Positions 55,521-64,000 of a stretch of DNA of 64,000 nucleotides are shown one piece after another. The stretch is from positions 64,001 through 128,000 of the forward strand of contig JAGSHN010000031.1 in assembly GCA_029855935.1 (NCBI GenBank), given 5' to 3'. How positions within the stretch are numbered: position 1 is the stretch's first letter; each line of letters starts with the position of its first letter. The stretch is from Candidatus Thorarchaeota archaeon. Its GTDB lineage: Archaea; Asgardarchaeota; Thorarchaeia; Thorarchaeales; Thorarchaeaceae. The notes below the pieces were generated by a model. It was not told where the DNA came from and searched no databases. It saw nothing but the letters and a program-made list of their open reading frames with translations. Both the position numbers and the translations under genes were made by a program.

Positions 55521-56978
55521 TCACGACGTGAGTTGCAGCAGCTCTGACATCTCGGCAAGTAGTAGTTTGTTAAAGACCTGGTACTGTGCCTCATATGTTT
55601 CAACGTTCTCCGGAATCGGCTGGCGTCGTTCCTCAACGTGAAACATGTTCTCAACTGCCTCTTTGAAGGACCCGTATACGCCCATCCCGATTGATGCAAG
55701 CACGGCTGCACCGATTACTGTCGAGTCACGGGACCTCGGAAGTAGGACTGGCTTGTTGGTGCAGTCTGCGATAATCTGCCTCCACAACGGAGAGTTCGAT
55801 CCCCCGCCATCGATTCTGAGCTCATCGAACTCTGTGTCGAGCATCCCCTCCATCATCTCAACATACATGCGGATACCGTAGCCATTTGCCTCCATGATAG
55901 CACGAGCCACGTGTGCCTTGGTGTGCCGAAAGCCAAGATTGTAGAATATGCCCTTGTTGTACGCCATGAAGGGAAAGACGACAAGACCATCGCTACCAGC
56001 CGGGACAGAACTCGCTGACGCCTCTATTATCTCGTAGACATCACGATTTGTCTCCGCAGCCAGTGTCATCTCCTGTTGACAGTACTGATCACGGAACCAT
56101 TTGTAGGCAAGGCCTGTCCCGGGTATCACGCCCTCAAGAATCCACTTGCCGGGGATGGCCGCGGGATTGCAGAACATCACATAGGGGTCCTCAATGAACT
56201 CGTCCGTGGGAGTTATGACGAATGTTCCAGTACCGGTCGTCGCCTTGACAACTCCTACCTCGATGGTTCCGGTACCCAGTGCAGAACACTGCTGGTCACC
56301 ACTGCCCATCACGACCGGCGTGCCCGCCCTCAGACCCGTCGCTCTCGCAGCCCCGGAACTCACCTCACCAATCACCTCTCCGGGACGCACTATCTCAGCT
56401 AGCTTGTCCATCGGGATGCCTGTCATCTCACAGAGCTCATCCGACCAGTCCATGGTCTCATGGTTGAAGGGACCGTAGCGAGCATTGGCTGGCTCGGTCA
56501 CCATCCTTCCGCAGAGTCGGTAGTTAATCAGGGCGTCTAGAGTGAGAAACTTATGTGCCCGTTCGAATACAGATGGGCGGTTCTCAGCAAACCACATCAT
56601 CTTGTTGACGCTCTTCCGGGGGCCGATATCCTCCGCCATCTCCTTCGCCCGGTCCGTGGACCTGTTGTCCACCCACGTCACAGTGGGCGCGAGAGGCGCA
56701 CCATCACGGTCCACTGGTGTTATGCAATCGCGAGTTGTCGCCACCACACACGCGACTACCGACTCCGGACCAGCCCTAGAGGCGGAGAGGGCCCTCTGCA
56801 TCGTATTGCAGGCTGTACGCCAGAACGTGTCGGCAAGCTGCTCGTGAGGTCCGAGATCGGATGGCGGAACAGGATACTCCTCATAGTGCCTACTGATCTC
56901 ATTGCCCTCCTCATCGACAAGGCACGAACGCGCACCGGTGGTGCCAATGTCGAAGATCGCAAACACTCTCTGACTCAT
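55521..56978 (-). CDS. FGGY family carbohydrate kinase (glycerol/xylulose kinase-like)
   Basis: DIGTTG, W.DNR, GDQQ, TGTG, DGGGSNS..W.QI.AD, GAA.LA. Confidence 0.9.
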   Translation of the reverse strand: MSQRVFAIFDIGTTGARSCLVDEEGNEISRHYEEYPVPPSDLGPHEQLADTFWRTACNTMQRALSASRAGPESVVACVVATTRDCITPVDRDGAPLAPTVTWVDNRSTDRAKEMAEDIGPRKSVNKMMWFAENRPSVFERAHKFLTLDALINYRLCGRMVTEPANARYGPFNHETMDWSDELCEMTGIPMDKLAEIVRPGEVIGEVSSGAARATGLRAGTPVVMGSGDQQCSALGTGTIEVGVVKATTGTGTFVITPTDEFIEDPYVMFCNPAAIPGKWILEGVIPGTGLAYKWFRDQYCQQEMTLAAETNRDVYEIIEASASSVPAGSDGLVVFPFMAYNKGIFYNLGFRHTKAHVARAIMEANGYGIRMYVEMMEGMLDTEFDELRIDGGGSNSPLWRQIIADCTNKPVLLPRSRDSTVIGAAVLASIGMGVYGSFKEAVENMFHVEERRQPIPENVETYEAQYQVFNKLLLAEMSELLQLTS

Positions 56979-57099
56979 TCTTAGCACCACGCGAGGAGCT
57001 GACAATGTTCAATCCCTCATGTGAATTATGTCACGCGGTGTTCTTGTACGGGTCGAACCCTTTTTCTCTCGGCCACACCGTCACAGACTACGAGACACC

Positions 57100-58035
57100 G
57101 TGTCTGAAGAGTATCCAGTACTGGTAGAAGTTGAATCCGATGTCTATCTGGTGAGAGGTGCGAACAGAAGCAGATTCCCTCAGGCCAACTGCGTCCTGAT
57201 TGACGATGACGTACTCACTCTCATTGACGCCGGTGCCGACCTCCAGAACATCAAACAGGCTCTGAGCAAGCTCGGCCACAGCGTTACAGACATAGACCGA
57301 ATTGTGCTCAGCCATTTCCACATCGACCACAAGGGCTACGCAGAGATCATCCGAAGAGAGGCCGACTGCGAAGTACTCTGTCATCGCCTCGGCGTGGAGG
57401 CGACCGAGAAGTTCGCGGGACTTGTGAAGTGCTACGGCCACATCAGAGGACCGTACTACGAGGCCTGGCTGCGATTTCTCAAGACGTGGGCACCGTACTC
57501 CCTGGAGGACTATGTTGTGACGGGGTCCTATGCTGACGGGCAACGCATCGACTGCGGAAAGAACTACATAGTGGCGATTCACGCTCCCGGTCATACACAC
57601 GACCACACGTGTTTCGGGATCAACGGTACCGACATTGTCTACTTGGTCGACATAGATCTGACGAAATTCGGACCATGGTACGGCAATGTGGTCAGCGACA
57701 TCACGCGGTTCAGGCAGGCCGTTGAGAAAATTATCGAGCTGAGACCGAGGATTGGCCTCAGCTCGCACTTGGTGGAGCCTGTGACTGATGGCCTGACGGA
57801 GCGACTGAGAGCATTCGGAAACGCCTTTGACGAACGTGAAAGAAGAATAATCGAGAATATTCAGGATGGGCGAGACACCATTGACCAGCTGGCCCACGTT
57901 CCAATTGTGTATCCACGCCTTCCACACAAAGTCTACCTGATGTTCGAGCGAATAATGGTTGAGAAGCATGTGGACCAGTTAGTTCAACAGGGGCGGTTGG
58001 CCAGAGAGAACGGCCGACTTGTTGTGGTCGAGTGA
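57100..58035 (+). CDS. MBL-fold metallo-hydrolase
   Basis: LIDAG, SHFHIDH, PGHT..H, SSH. Confidence 0.9.
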   Translation: MSEEYPVLVEVESDVYLVRGANRSRFPQANCVLIDDDVLTLIDAGADLQNIKQALSKLGHSVTDIDRIVLSHFHIDHKGYAEIIRREADCEVLCHRLGVEATEKFAGLVKCYGHIRGPYYEAWLRFLKTWAPYSLEDYVVTGSYADGQRIDCGKNYIVAIHAPGHTHDHTCFGINGTDIVYLVDIDLTKFGPWYGNVVSDITRFRQAVEKIIELRPRIGLSSHLVEPVTDGLTERLRAFGNAFDERERRIIENIQDGRDTIDQLAHVPIVYPRLPHKVYLMFERIMVEKHVDQLVQQGRLARENGRLVVVE

Positions 58036-58118
58036 CAAGTACGGCCACCGACGAGGATCGTGCTGGTGGCCGCATCAGTTTGGGAAACCTGTCCCGACCT
58101 AGATGGCCGGAACAGTTC

Positions 58119-58904
58119 TCATTTGTGCTTGAACTGCGGTTCTCTCCGATTGAGAAAGGCGTCGACACCCTCCCTCATATCCTCTGTGTCAAAGACCTCG
58201 CAGAAGACGTCCACCTCGAACTCAAGCGAGTCCTTCAGCGGCAGCACCCAGGAATTGTTCAACGAACGCTTCGCCAGCTTGATGGCAACGCCGGGCTTTT
58301 TGGCAAGACGCCTGGCCAGCTCCATAGCACCCTCGCGAAGCGCATCAACAGAGTCAAACACCTTGTTCACCAAGCCGATCCTCAGCGCCTCATCCGCCTT
58401 GATCTGGTCGCCTGTATAGACAAGCTCCTTTGCCACACCGAGGCCCACAAGACGAGGCAGCCTCACAGTTCCCCCGAAGCCGGGAATTATTCCCAGATTG
58501 ATCTCAGGCTGACCGAACCGCGCGTTTGCTGATGCATACCGGATGTCGCAGGCCATCGCTATCTCGCAACCGCCACCAAGTGCATAGCCATTGACGGCAG
58601 CAATGACAGGCTTGCTCATCGACTCTATGTATGTGCACAGTGCCTGACCATTCTCTGCAAGCGGTCGCACTGTGCTCGAGTCCTTGTCTTGAAACTCTGT
58701 GATGTCTGCGCCAGCGGCAAAGGCCTTCTCACCCGCACCAGTGAGTATGACGACACGAACCGAGTCGTCCTGTTCGGCCTTCTGAAATAGATCACGCAGC
58801 CGCTGAACGGTAGCCACATTCAGTGCGTTTAGCCGCTTCGGGCGATTGATCGTGATTGTTGCAACACCATCCGACACTTCGTAAAGCACAGATTCCTCTG
58901 ACAT
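58119..58904 (-). CDS. Enoyl-CoA hydratase (crotonase)
   Basis: NRPKRLNAL, AGADI, GGGCE, PEINLG..PG.GG (both catalytic Glu present). Confidence 0.93.
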   Translation of the reverse strand: MSEESVLYEVSDGVATITINRPKRLNALNVATVQRLRDLFQKAEQDDSVRVVILTGAGEKAFAAGADITEFQDKDSSTVRPLAENGQALCTYIESMSKPVIAAVNGYALGGGCEIAMACDIRYASANARFGQPEINLGIIPGFGGTVRLPRLVGLGVAKELVYTGDQIKADEALRIGLVNKVFDSVDALREGAMELARRLAKKPGVAIKLAKRSLNNSWVLPLKDSLEFEVDVFCEVFDTEDMREGVDAFLNRREPQFKHK

Positions 58905-59135
58905 TGTGTCTACTCTCCAAGGCACGGCAGGAGAACTCTTCCCATAAATAAGCATTCACGGAGGGCGACAGAGGGCAGGTCTGGCCCCTCCACTGAACAA
59001 GAGCCCCGGCACCCAAGGTGCCGAGAGGTAGGTAGACTGCCTTCAGACTGACGGGTGCCAAGCAGACGTTGTCACGCACCGCCATTGAACAAAGAGTTGA
59101 TATCGAGATACTTGACAGTCGCGGAAAGAAGCCGT

Positions 59136-59966
59136 GTGATCTTCGTGCGGAGAGTTGAGATTCTTCTGGATGGAGATTCATTCGTCCAAGGCACCGCCAT
59201 CAAGGGTTCACTGCTGGTGCGGACTGATACCGAGTTCAGATGTGAGAGAGTGTCAGTCGCGCTTCACGGTGAGACTGGCACGAGTTCGCCGAGAGGCACG
59301 GTCGTTGGAAGGCAGAACGTGGTAGCACAGGAGACTGTCCTGAGCGGACCAACGACGATATCAGCTGGCGAGTCGATGTTCTACTTCCGGTTCAATCTCC
59401 CCGAAACGGCACCCCCGTCATATTTGGGATGGGTGGGGTACGTCAGGTACAACGTGAGCGCGCACATAGAGATTTCTCGGGGACGAGACCTCAGTGCCTC
59501 CAAGGAGGTCGTTGTTGTTCCCAGAGTGGAGCCTCTTCAGCCCCAGAGGAGCGAGGACCGCATAGTGCTCGGAGAGATGTCCGACATCTGTGTGGAGATT
59601 CCATCAGACATTCTGACACCGGGGCAGCCATTTCTCGTGAGGCATATGGTTCGCGGAGACCCTAGTGTCAGGGGAATTCGTCTTGAGATCATAAAGACAC
59701 AACGTAGGAGCATTGGGGATTTTCATATGGAGATGGACGTTCCTATCTGCAAGGAGTATGTCGATAGGGACCAGCTCGCATACAACTCGTGGTCGGAGAC
59801 TGTGCTCACCCCCGATGCCAATATGATAGTGAGTGTCGAAACGGAGACCATGCACGTGGGCTATGTCCTGAAAGTGACTGCCGACATTCCGTGGCGACGC
59901 GACAGAAGCGTGACACTGCCCCTGAGAGTGGGCAGATCCGTTTCGGAACAGTCTCAGGGGTCATAA
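59136..59966 (+). CDS. Arrestin-fold (alpha-arrestin/Vps26/Spo0M-like) protein, copy 1
   Basis: G..I.G.L.V, F.F.LP...PPSY.G..G.VRY, and C-terminal Y.LKV.ADIPW..D...LPLRVG. Confidence 0.8.
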   Translation: MIFVRRVEILLDGDSFVQGTAIKGSLLVRTDTEFRCERVSVALHGETGTSSPRGTVVGRQNVVAQETVLSGPTTISAGESMFYFRFNLPETAPPSYLGWVGYVRYNVSAHIEISRGRDLSASKEVVVVPRVEPLQPQRSEDRIVLGEMSDICVEIPSDILTPGQPFLVRHMVRGDPSVRGIRLEIIKTQRRSIGDFHMEMDVPICKEYVDRDQLAYNSWSETVLTPDANMIVSVETETMHVGYVLKVTADIPWRRDRSVTLPLRVGRSVSEQSQGS

Positions 59967-60094
59967 TGAGGTGATATGCGGACGGTCTGTGCAGTGTCCA
60001 ACGTACCGGAGATGCGCCATACTGAACTGTCCGGGATCATCTCGTGGCAAAGGTTGATATTGAGTCAGTCTAGGCAGATGGCAGAACTGGCAGA

Positions 60095-60943
60095 GTGAGT
60101 GCGTTGAGAGAGGTGGAGATTCTTCTGGACAAGGAATATTATGTCCCTGGCGATGAGATCAACGGGAAGCTACGGGTCATCACAGACAAGGAGTTCGAGT
60201 GCAATAGGATTGTGGTGTCGCTTGTTGGCCTAGTTCGCGCCTCCATCACGACGTCGGGTGGGAAGCACTCCCACACATACAGGGAGAGGAGAGGGATCGT
60301 GGCTGACGAGATTGTTCTCAGTGGGCCCACAAGACTCAGTCCGGGCGAAACAGACTATGAGTTCCAGTTCACGCTACCACCAGAGGCCCTGGGTACCTTT
60401 CACGGGTACCGCGCAGATGTCGAGTACCATATCCACGGCGTTGTGGAGATACCGTGGGCACTCGACCCCAAGGAAACGAAGGAGGTCCTCGTCGCCCCCA
60501 CAGTGAAACGACTCATGCCTCAGAGAGTAGTGCGGACAATCACGCTGAATGACCGTACGGAGATTGCAATCGAGCTGCCGTTCGACATTCTCACGCCAGA
60601 GCGCCCTCTGATAGCGAGATACACCGTGTGGGGTGATCCCAAGATACGGGGACTCCGCTTCGAGATAATGAGGGTCATACGTAGACTCGTCAGAGGCCGT
60701 GAGCGAGAGATGCCATTCGTGCTATTCAAGGGGGAGGTCCCGCGAGAGAACCTCTCCTACGGTGCTTCAGGCGAGATTCAGCTGGAGTACGATGCGAGTG
60801 AGGCGTTCGAGTTCCACACCGACATTCTCGAGGTGGGATATATGCTGAAGGTGACAGCGGACATACCGTGGCGACCTGACAAGCTCGTGATGATTCCTCT
60901 GAGGGTCGGACGATTTGCCACGGAAGACCCCTTCTTCTACTGA
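60095..60943 (+). CDS. Arrestin-fold protein, copy 2
   Basis: YYVPGDEING, FQFTLP....TF.G....VEY, IPWALD, YMLKVTADIPW; clear paralog of copy 1. Confidence 0.85.
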   Translation: MSALREVEILLDKEYYVPGDEINGKLRVITDKEFECNRIVVSLVGLVRASITTSGGKHSHTYRERRGIVADEIVLSGPTRLSPGETDYEFQFTLPPEALGTFHGYRADVEYHIHGVVEIPWALDPKETKEVLVAPTVKRLMPQRVVRTITLNDRTEIAIELPFDILTPERPLIARYTVWGDPKIRGLRFEIMRVIRRLVRGREREMPFVLFKGEVPRENLSYGASGEIQLEYDASEAFEFHTDILEVGYMLKVTADIPWRPDKLVMIPLRVGRFATEDPFFY

Positions 60944-61118
60944 GGGAGTAGTGGGTCACGTGAGTCAACGTCAAGGAGCCACGGTGTTCTGTTGAACAGC
61001 TGTGGCGTACCAATCGCCGTGAACACGACGCTCTTGCAACCTGGACGAAATCAATTCTATCCATTGTCCATTATTCTTATAGGTCGGTTGTGCAATCACG
61101 GGAACAGTTCCTGCACAG

Positions 61119-61496
61119 GTGAGGCCCGTGAACACCGATGACCCCCGGGAGATATGGCGGAGCAGCCTGAGGGCAATGAGAAACTCCTTGCTTGGCACTT
61201 ATGAGATCACGACAACGGCCGAGGAACAGAGAAGATTCCTCCAGTGCTGGACAGGGGAGGACAAGAACTACGATGTCTTCGCAGGGTACAGGCGGAACGA
61301 GGGACGACGCAGGATTCTCGATATTCTCGAGGTGATCGATGAGGGAATAAGGCGACTGGAGGAATGTGATATGAGGACGGGCGCCAAGGTGTTCCATGAG
61401 ACTGTCGAGCAGGTCGCGCTCTTCTCCAGAGTAGCGCAGCTGCTGGAGTTATCCAACGAGCCTGCGCAGAAGCGGGCGGGCGGCCCACACCAGTAG
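61119..61496 (+). CDS. Hypothetical helical protein
   Basis: 125-aa ORF; TTATA element about 40 nt upstream. Confidence 0.6.
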   Translation: MRPVNTDDPREIWRSSLRAMRNSLLGTYEITTTAEEQRRFLQCWTGEDKNYDVFAGYRRNEGRRRILDILEVIDEGIRRLEECDMRTGAKVFHETVEQVALFSRVAQLLELSNEPAQKRAGGPHQ

Positions 61497-61583
61497 CAAT
61501 TCGTGGCGGTGCGGTGCGCCCTAGGGACCAGACCCCCTGTGAGTGCAGAATGAGAAATATGGGTGAGGGGAGGAATGAGTCCC

Positions 61584-62003
61584 CTACACCAGCCATTTGT
61601 AGGTTATCTTCTTGTCATCGATGCGATCGAAGGCGAGTTTCAGAGTCATACCAATCTCGGGCATCGACATCAGATTGGTGATATGTGCCGTGAGACGCTT
61701 GCCCGACGGAAACTCTCCTATCGCCACAACGTATGGAGCACGTGATGCCAGGCTCTCGGGCGCAAAGTCAACTATGACGTATGAATAGAGCTTTGCCTCC
61801 CGCTCGGGAAACTCGACGAGTTCGCACTCTTCAAGGTCCTTCTGGCAATGCTGCCGCGGGGGGAGATATTCTGCCCCGCACTTGGGGCATCGGCTCATCA
61901 TCAGCTTCTCCTGCTCCAGCGCCTCAAGGAACCTCTGGAAGAATGGTGTCACAGCCTTGTCGGTCGCGTATCCCAAGTATAGCTCCTTCTTCTCTTTGGA
62001 CAT
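61584..62003 (-). CDS. DUF35 Zn-ribbon/OB-fold thiolase partner protein
   Basis: CPKCG..YLPPR..C, PYVVA; adjacent to the thiolase. Confidence 0.92.
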   Translation of the reverse strand: MSKEKKELYLGYATDKAVTPFFQRFLEALEQEKLMMSRCPKCGAEYLPPRQHCQKDLEECELVEFPEREAKLYSYVIVDFAPESLASRAPYVVAIGEFPSGKRLTAHITNLMSMPEIGMTLKLAFDRIDDKKITYKWLV

Positions 62004-62007
62004 TCGA

Positions 62008-63174
62008 TCACCAACCTCTCTCAAAGATTATCACGTTGACGAACTGGCCCGACTGGCCCACATTGTGGGCGAGACCATAGTGAACATCGTCAATCTGTCG
62101 TGACGGTTTCTGAACCTGTCCGCGCATCTGCATCAGAATCTCGTATGTCATCGATATGCCCGTGGCGCCCAAGGGATGTCCCTTGCTCTTCAGACCCCCG
62201 TCCACATTGACCGGAATCCTCCCGTCGTGGTAGTTCTCCTTGTTCTCGACTATCTCGCGACCCTTCCCGGGCTCAGCAAAGCCTAGGTCCTCATAGGCAA
62301 TCAGCTCGGCTATCGTAAAACAGTCGTGAACCTCGGCCATGTCGATGTCCTTCGGCTCTATCCCGGCCATCTTGTATGCCGCCTTGGCCGCACGCTTTGC
62401 GCCCGGGATGGACGTCAGCGATGGTCGGTCTTGAATCATCATCTCAGAGGCCCCAGCGCCAATGCCCTTTATCCACACGGGCTCATCGGTGAACTCTTTG
62501 ACCCGGTTCTCTGCTGCGATGACAACGGCTGCCGCACCATCGGTGATGAGGCTACAGTCGTAGAGATTGAGAGGTCGGGCAATGGGGACCGCATTGTTGG
62601 CCTCCTCAAGAGTCACCTCGCGCGGGAGGTGAGCCTTTGGATTCTGGGCCCCGTAGTGATGCGACTTCACTGCAATCATTGACAGAACCTCATGGGGCAG
62701 ATTGTACTCGTGCATATACCGGGAGGCCATCAGAGCGTAGAAGGCGGGGAACGATATCCCGTAGGGATACTCCCACCGCATGTCTCCGGCACGGGCCATC
62801 AGCTCCGTGGCCTGTGCAGAGGTCACACGGTTCATCTGCTCGACTCCGAGGACGAGCATAACATCGTACAGGCCAGAGGCCACCATGCCCCACGCCGCAC
62901 GAAGCGAGGCCGTACCCGTGGTACAAGCAGACTCGACCCTGAGATGTGGCTTCTCGTGAAGACCCAGATAGTCCGCAATGAGGGCCGATCCCGCACCCTG
63001 CCCCGTGAACTGGGAGGCTGCGTATGACAGGACGGAAGCATCAATCATGTCCTGTGTGATGCCCTCGTCTAGGATGGGCTTGAAGGCCTCGGCACATAGT
63101 TCTCGTACTGTCGCATCGTAGCGTTTGCCAAACTTGCTGTGGCCGCCAGCTACTACTGCTACGCGTCTTGTCAA
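62008..63174 (-). CDS. Thiolase (acetyl-CoA acetyltransferase, SCP2/archaeal type)
   Basis: ESACTTG, NPKAH, CS.ITDGAAA, EVHDCFT, GGLK.KGHP.GATG, HNVG. Confidence 0.95.
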   Translation of the reverse strand: MTRRVAVVAGGHSKFGKRYDATVRELCAEAFKPILDEGITQDMIDASVLSYAASQFTGQGAGSALIADYLGLHEKPHLRVESACTTGTASLRAAWGMVASGLYDVMLVLGVEQMNRVTSAQATELMARAGDMRWEYPYGISFPAFYALMASRYMHEYNLPHEVLSMIAVKSHHYGAQNPKAHLPREVTLEEANNAVPIARPLNLYDCSLITDGAAAVVIAAENRVKEFTDEPVWIKGIGAGASEMMIQDRPSLTSIPGAKRAAKAAYKMAGIEPKDIDMAEVHDCFTIAELIAYEDLGFAEPGKGREIVENKENYHDGRIPVNVDGGLKSKGHPLGATGISMTYEILMQMRGQVQKPSRQIDDVHYGLAHNVGQSGQFVNVIIFERGW

Positions 63175-63350
63175 TTCGTGTTCCTCCTAGGGCCCCTGCA
63201 AGAGATTCGAAGGCCCCAATGTGTGTCTTGTTGATTTGCTGTTCTTCGCCTAACAGAGTCTTAAGCTTGACGCTTTGTCGCCGAGATGATACTGGCCAGA
63301 ATGAGAAAAATAGAGAGAGGGTGGTCCTTGGCGGACCACTCTGAAGACAA

Positions 63351-64000
63351 CTACTTGCCCTTGAACTTTCCACGGCGCTTCTCAAAGACTGCAGTGATGC
63401 CCTCAGCGAGGTCTTCGGTCTTGAAGCACTCTACAGCAGCGTCGACCTCAAACTGAAGGTTCTCCTCATACGATGCCTCGAAGGCCATATGGGTCGCCTG
63501 CTTGGCGAGCTTCAGCGCTATCGGTGCATTGCCCCCGAACTTGGCACCGTACCACATCGCCTGACTCAGGAGCTCATCGGGCTTGGTCACCTTACTGATT
63601 AGACCAATCTGCAGGGCCTCCTGCGCACTGATTTGTCCCCCCGTGAGAATGAGCTCCAATGCCCTCCCAAGACCGACTATCCGCGCGAGCCTGACACAGC
63701 CGCCCCATGCCGGGATGAGGCCAAGGCTGACCTCTGGTGCGCCAATCTTCGCCTCTTCATCAGCAATCCGGATGTCACAGGCGAGAGCAATCTCCGTACC
63801 GCCGCCAAGACACAGACCGTGAATGGCGGCGATGACGGGCTTGCTAAACCTTGCAATCTTGTCAATAGCCTTTTGGCCCATCGCGACAAGCTCGCGGACC
63901 TCGTCAGGCTTACCAAGCAGTCCCTGGGCCATCTTCAGGTCTGCGCCCGTACAAAACACCTTGTCGTGATTGGAGGCGAGTACCACAGACCGCACATCTT
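63351..64000 (-). CDS. Enoyl-CoA hydratase/isomerase domain protein (5' end outside the window)
   Basis: FCTGADL, GGGTE, PEVSLG..P.WGG. Confidence 0.9.
   Translation of the reverse strand, partial: DVRSVVLASNHDKVFCTGADLKMAQGLLGKPDEVRELVAMGQKAIDKIARFSKPVIAAIHGLCLGGGTEIALACDIRIADEEAKIGAPEVSLGLIPAWGGCVRLARIVGLGRALELILTGGQISAQEALQIGLISKVTKPDELLSQAMWYGAKFGGNAPIALKLAKQATHMAFEASYEENLQFEVDAAVECFKTEDLAEGITAVFEKRRGKFKGK

Noticed and set aside
57088-57969. Long antisense ORFs (this one, 3889-4608, 8798-9493, 26018-26743, 14975-15577 and others)
   Set aside because: They lie opposite clear genes, have no motifs, and are expected from codon bias at this GC content.
60923-60943. C-terminal DPF motif in arrestin copy 2 (AP-2-binding-like)
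   Set aside because: A three-residue motif, absent from the paralog and not significant.
63180-63230. GC-rich segment containing TTCGAA, possible tRNA
   Set aside because: No cloverleaf or acceptor stem can be built.
1-64000. CRISPR arrays, transposases, integrases, rRNA/tRNA, diversity-generating retroelement
   Set aside because: No spaced direct repeats or relevant motifs were seen. The dppC repeat differences are not adenine-specific and no reverse transcriptase is present.

Overview
A gene-dense, fairly GC-rich archaeal window, most consistent with an Asgard archaeon (probably Thorarchaeia; inferred from gene content, not from a search). About 57 CDSs are supported; I found no rRNA, tRNA, CRISPR array or mobile element. 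Metabolic blocks: a dispersed Dpp/Opp peptide ABC system with a circularly permuted binding protein and two DppC paralogs in inverted orientation sharing identical DNA tracts; an archaeal LipS2-LipS1-Lpl(AB)-LipT lipoate assembly operon; membrane proteases (presenilin-like, CPBP) plus stomatin/NfeD; an FGGY kinase with GlpABC, an alkyl-DHAP-synthase-like enzyme and a CCG Fe-S protein; and beta-oxidation genes. The most striking feature is an E2F/DP-like transcription factor (30081-30632, minus) with an RRxYD winged helix, a coiled coil and a beta-rich C-terminus, whose upstream region carries near-consensus E2F sites. Other eukaryote-like candidates include an alpha-SNAP-like protein, an amidohydrolase-Cdc48N-vWA fusion, a HEAT protein with UBM-like repeats, a longin-wHTH protein, a 7TM protein and tandem arrestin-fold genes. 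All family calls come from motif recognition by eye. Several start codons were moved from the ORF track using SD motifs and domain starts.
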